From: Alphaproteobacteria bacterium
GTDB taxonomy: Bacteria > Pseudomonadota > Alphaproteobacteria > MPNO01 > UBA830
DNA length: 64,000 bases
NCBI GenBank assembly: GCA_965243135.1
Contig: OZ251539.1
Span: forward strand, 1,792,001 to 1,856,000
Reading direction: 5' to 3'
In this document: positions 61,612-64,000 of the stretch, one piece after another
How positions within the stretch are numbered: position 1 is the first letter of the stretch
Layout of the letters: every line of letters starts with the position of its first letter
Made by a program: the position numbers and the translations under genes
The notes under the pieces: model-generated
The model's database searches: none
Told to the model about the DNA's origin: nothing
Seen by the model: the letters and a program-made list of their open reading frames with translations, nothing else

Positions 61612-62260
61612 GAATTTCGACGGCGAAGATCCTGCGGAAAGTCTCTTTCAGCACGGCGTCGACCTCCTGCATGGTGGCCGCCACCCCCAGTTTCGCGAGC
61701 GACGTGACCCCATGCTCGGCAATGCCGCAGGGCACGATGCCGTCATAGTGACGGAGATCGGGATCGACGTTCAACGACACGCCGTGAAACGTGATCCATC
61801 GCCGTACGCGCACGCCGACGGCCCCGATCTTGTCTTCCCGCCCTTTCCTGCCGCCGCGCGGCGCCACCCAGATGCCGACCCGGCCCGGACGGCGTTCTCC
61901 GGCCACGCCGAACTCGGCGAGGGCGGCGATGATCCACTCTTCCAGGTCGCGCACGAAGCGGCGCACGTCCCGCCCTCTGCCGGCCAGGTCGAGCATCACG
62001 TATCCGACGCGCTGCCCCGGCCCGTGGTAGGTGTACTGGCCCCCGCGTCCCGTCCTGAACACGGGAAACCGTCCGGCGTCGAGCAAATCTTCCGAACGCG
62101 CGCTGGTGCCGGCGGTGTATATCGGCGGATGCTCCACCAGCCAGACCCTTTCGGGCGCCGCCCCGTCCGCGATCGCGGCGACCGCGCGCTCCATCGCGGC
62201 CACTGCGCCGGGGTAGTCGACAAGACCGGCATCCGCGCGCCAATCGACGGCCTGATTCAT
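61598..62260 (-). CDS. lipB: Lipoyl(octanoyl) transferase
   Basis: [37 protein letters not shown]. Confidence 0.96.
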   Translation of the reverse strand: MNQAVDWRADAGLVDYPGAVAAMERAVAAIADGAAPERVWLVEHPPIYTAGTSARSEDLLDAGRFPVFRTGRGGQYTYHGPGQRVGYVMLDLAGRGRDVRRFVRDLEEWIIAALAEFGVAGERRPGRVGIWVAPRGGRKGREDKIGAVGVRVRRWITFHGVSLNVDPDLRHYDGIVPCGIAEHGVTSLAKLGVAATMQEVDAVLKETFRRIFAVEILTPV

Positions 62261-62342
62261 GGAAAAGCAGCCCTTGCGGTCGGCATTGCGATCTGGTATG
62301 TCACGCTCCGCCCTGAAAAATCAAGGAATCAGGAGTCTCCGA

Positions 62343-62429
62343 GCGGTCGTGGCGGAATTGGTAGACGCGCAGCGTTGAGGTCGCTGTGGGAGAAATCCCG
62401 TGGAAGTTCGAGTCTTCTCGACCGCACCA
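62343..62429 (+). tRNA. tRNA-Leu (anticodon GAG)
   Basis: Acceptor stem GCGGTCG/CGACCGC-A-CCA, D-arm GGCGGAATTGGTAGACGC, anticodon arm CAGCG-TTGAGGT-CGCTG, long variable arm, GTTCGAG T-loop. Confidence 0.97.
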
Positions 62430-62502
62430 TTCATGCTCCAGGCCCGCAGACGCGGGCCTGGTTTCGTATGCGACGAACGTCCGAGTACGGAGAGACGGCT
62501 TC

Positions 62503-63894
62503 ATGGCGAACGCCGCGGCGAACCCCGACCGGGACGTGCAGGCCGTGCAGGCGGAGGACCTGCTTGACCTCGACCCCGACGTCATCCGCGACGTCATCGT
62601 AAGGCTGGACGACGGCCAGGCGATCGAAAGAATTATCGCCCCTCTGCATCCCGCTCAGACCGCCGATCTCATCGAAGTCCTGCGCGGACATCTGCGCACG
62701 CAACTGATCGATCGACTGCGGGATGGTTTCGATCCTCTCGTCCTTGCCGAACTCGACGAAACCGTGCGCGACGAAGTCGCGGAACGGCTCGGCATCGAAG
62801 CGATCGCGAAAGCGATCGCCGCCCTCGATTCCGACGACGCCCTGAACCTCATCGTCACTCTTGAAGAGACCAAGCAGAGACGCGTTCTGCACGCGATTCC
62901 GTCGGCCTTGCGGGCCATGCTGGAACAAGGCATCGCCTTCCCGGAGGACAGCGCCGGGCGCCTGATGCAGCGGGAACTCGTCGCCGCGCCCGCATTCTGG
63001 ACGGTCGGCGAAGTGATCGACTTTCTCCGCGAAAGCGACGGCCTGCCCGACGACTTCTACGATATTTTCGTCGTCGATCCCCGGCATCGCCTGATCGGAG
63101 CGATCCCCCTGAACAGGGTCCTGCGCGCCAAGCGCCCCGTTCCGGTTCGGGACATCATGATTCCGGATCTCGTGACCATTCCCCTCGGCATGGACCAGGA
63201 AGAGGTCGCGTACGTTTTCGCGCAGCAGGATCTGGTTTCCGCGCCGGTCATCGACGACACGGGTCGCCTGATAGGCGTGATCACGGTCGACGATATCGTC
63301 GACGTCATTCACGAGGAGGCCGAAGAGGACCTCATGCGGCTCGGCGGCGTCCAGGAGGACGATCTCTACCACGCGGTCATCGATACCGGCAAGTCGCGAT
63401 TCGCCTGGCTGTTCGTGAATCTCGCAACGGCCATCGTCGCTTCGATCGTGATCGGCCTGTTCCAGGGCACGATCGAACAGATCGTGATGCTCGCGGTGCT
63501 GATGCCCATAGCGGCCTCGATGGGAGGCAATGCGGGAACCCAGACCCTGACCGTCGCGGTGCGCGCGCTCGCCATGCGCGAGCTCTCCCCGGCCAATGCG
63601 CTTCGGGTGCTGTCGAAGGAGGTTCTGGTCGGAGTTTTCAACGGGCTTCTTTTCGCCGCGATCGTCGGGACGATCGCGTGGGTATGGTCAGGCAGCGTCG
63701 GAATCGGGATCGTCATGGCCGTGGCGATGGCGATCACCATGGTCATCGCAGGTCTAGCCGGCGCGGCGATTCCGCTCGGATTGTCCCGGACCCGTTTCGA
63801 TCCGGCGATCGCGTCCGGGGTGTTTCTTACGACCGTAACCGACGTCGTGGCGTTTTTGGCGTTTCTCGGCTTGGGCGCATGGCTCCTGCTGTAG
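62503..63894 (+). CDS. mgtE: Magnesium transporter
   Basis: LHPA..AD, FPEDSAG.LM, CBS pair, MPI.ASMGGNAGTQ, DPAIASG.FLTT.TD. Confidence 0.96.
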   Translation: MANAAANPDRDVQAVQAEDLLDLDPDVIRDVIVRLDDGQAIERIIAPLHPAQTADLIEVLRGHLRTQLIDRLRDGFDPLVLAELDETVRDEVAERLGIEAIAKAIAALDSDDALNLIVTLEETKQRRVLHAIPSALRAMLEQGIAFPEDSAGRLMQRELVAAPAFWTVGEVIDFLRESDGLPDDFYDIFVVDPRHRLIGAIPLNRVLRAKRPVPVRDIMIPDLVTIPLGMDQEEVAYVFAQQDLVSAPVIDDTGRLIGVITVDDIVDVIHEEAEEDLMRLGGVQEDDLYHAVIDTGKSRFAWLFVNLATAIVASIVIGLFQGTIEQIVMLAVLMPIAASMGGNAGTQTLTVAVRALAMRELSPANALRVLSKEVLVGVFNGLLFAAIVGTIAWVWSGSVGIGIVMAVAMAITMVIAGLAGAAIPLGLSRTRFDPAIASGVFLTTVTDVVAFLAFLGLGAWLLL

Positions 63895-64000
63895 CGTCTC
63901 GACGCGATTCTCCGACGCATCCTTTGGCTCGTTACTCGTCGATTCCTGCGCAGACCATTGCGATCAAGATTCGCCGCGCCTGCTTCACCGACGGAACGCT

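Noticed and set aside
62343-62429. tRNA-Leu as integration site of an island
   Set aside because: No integrase or duplicated tRNA 3' end seen; lipB-tRNA-mgtE is ordinary core synteny

Overview
GC-rich alphaproteobacterial chromosomal window; the taxon is inferred from the long-form dCTP deaminase and the degQ-rarA-crcB-rluA-HAD-ATP12-acyP and lipB-tRNA-Leu-mgtE blocks. It is dominated by aromatic/carboxylate catabolism: two tandem UbiD decarboxylases with LysR and a ThDP enzyme, a heme-oxygenase-like diiron (HDO) operon, two Rieske dioxygenase alpha/beta pairs (one arranged like terephthalate tphA2-A3-B), a gentisate-type dioxygenase and a rearranged 2-aminobenzoyl-CoA (abm) cluster. It also carries a complete narK-narK-narGHJI operon behind an FNR-type box. 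Accessory material includes a lower-GC ravA-viaA pair, two stand-alone ATPases and a minimal nucleotidyltransferase. The most striking feature is a ~1 kb non-coding array of 41 in-register 23-bp monomers with 92/184-bp higher-order periodicity, whose terminal monomer supplies the ATG of an AAA+/wHTH/DUF4143 nuclease-fold gene. Two pseudogenes are collapsed, with N- and C-termini kept and the middle deleted. All family calls come from motif recognition by eye; no searches were run.
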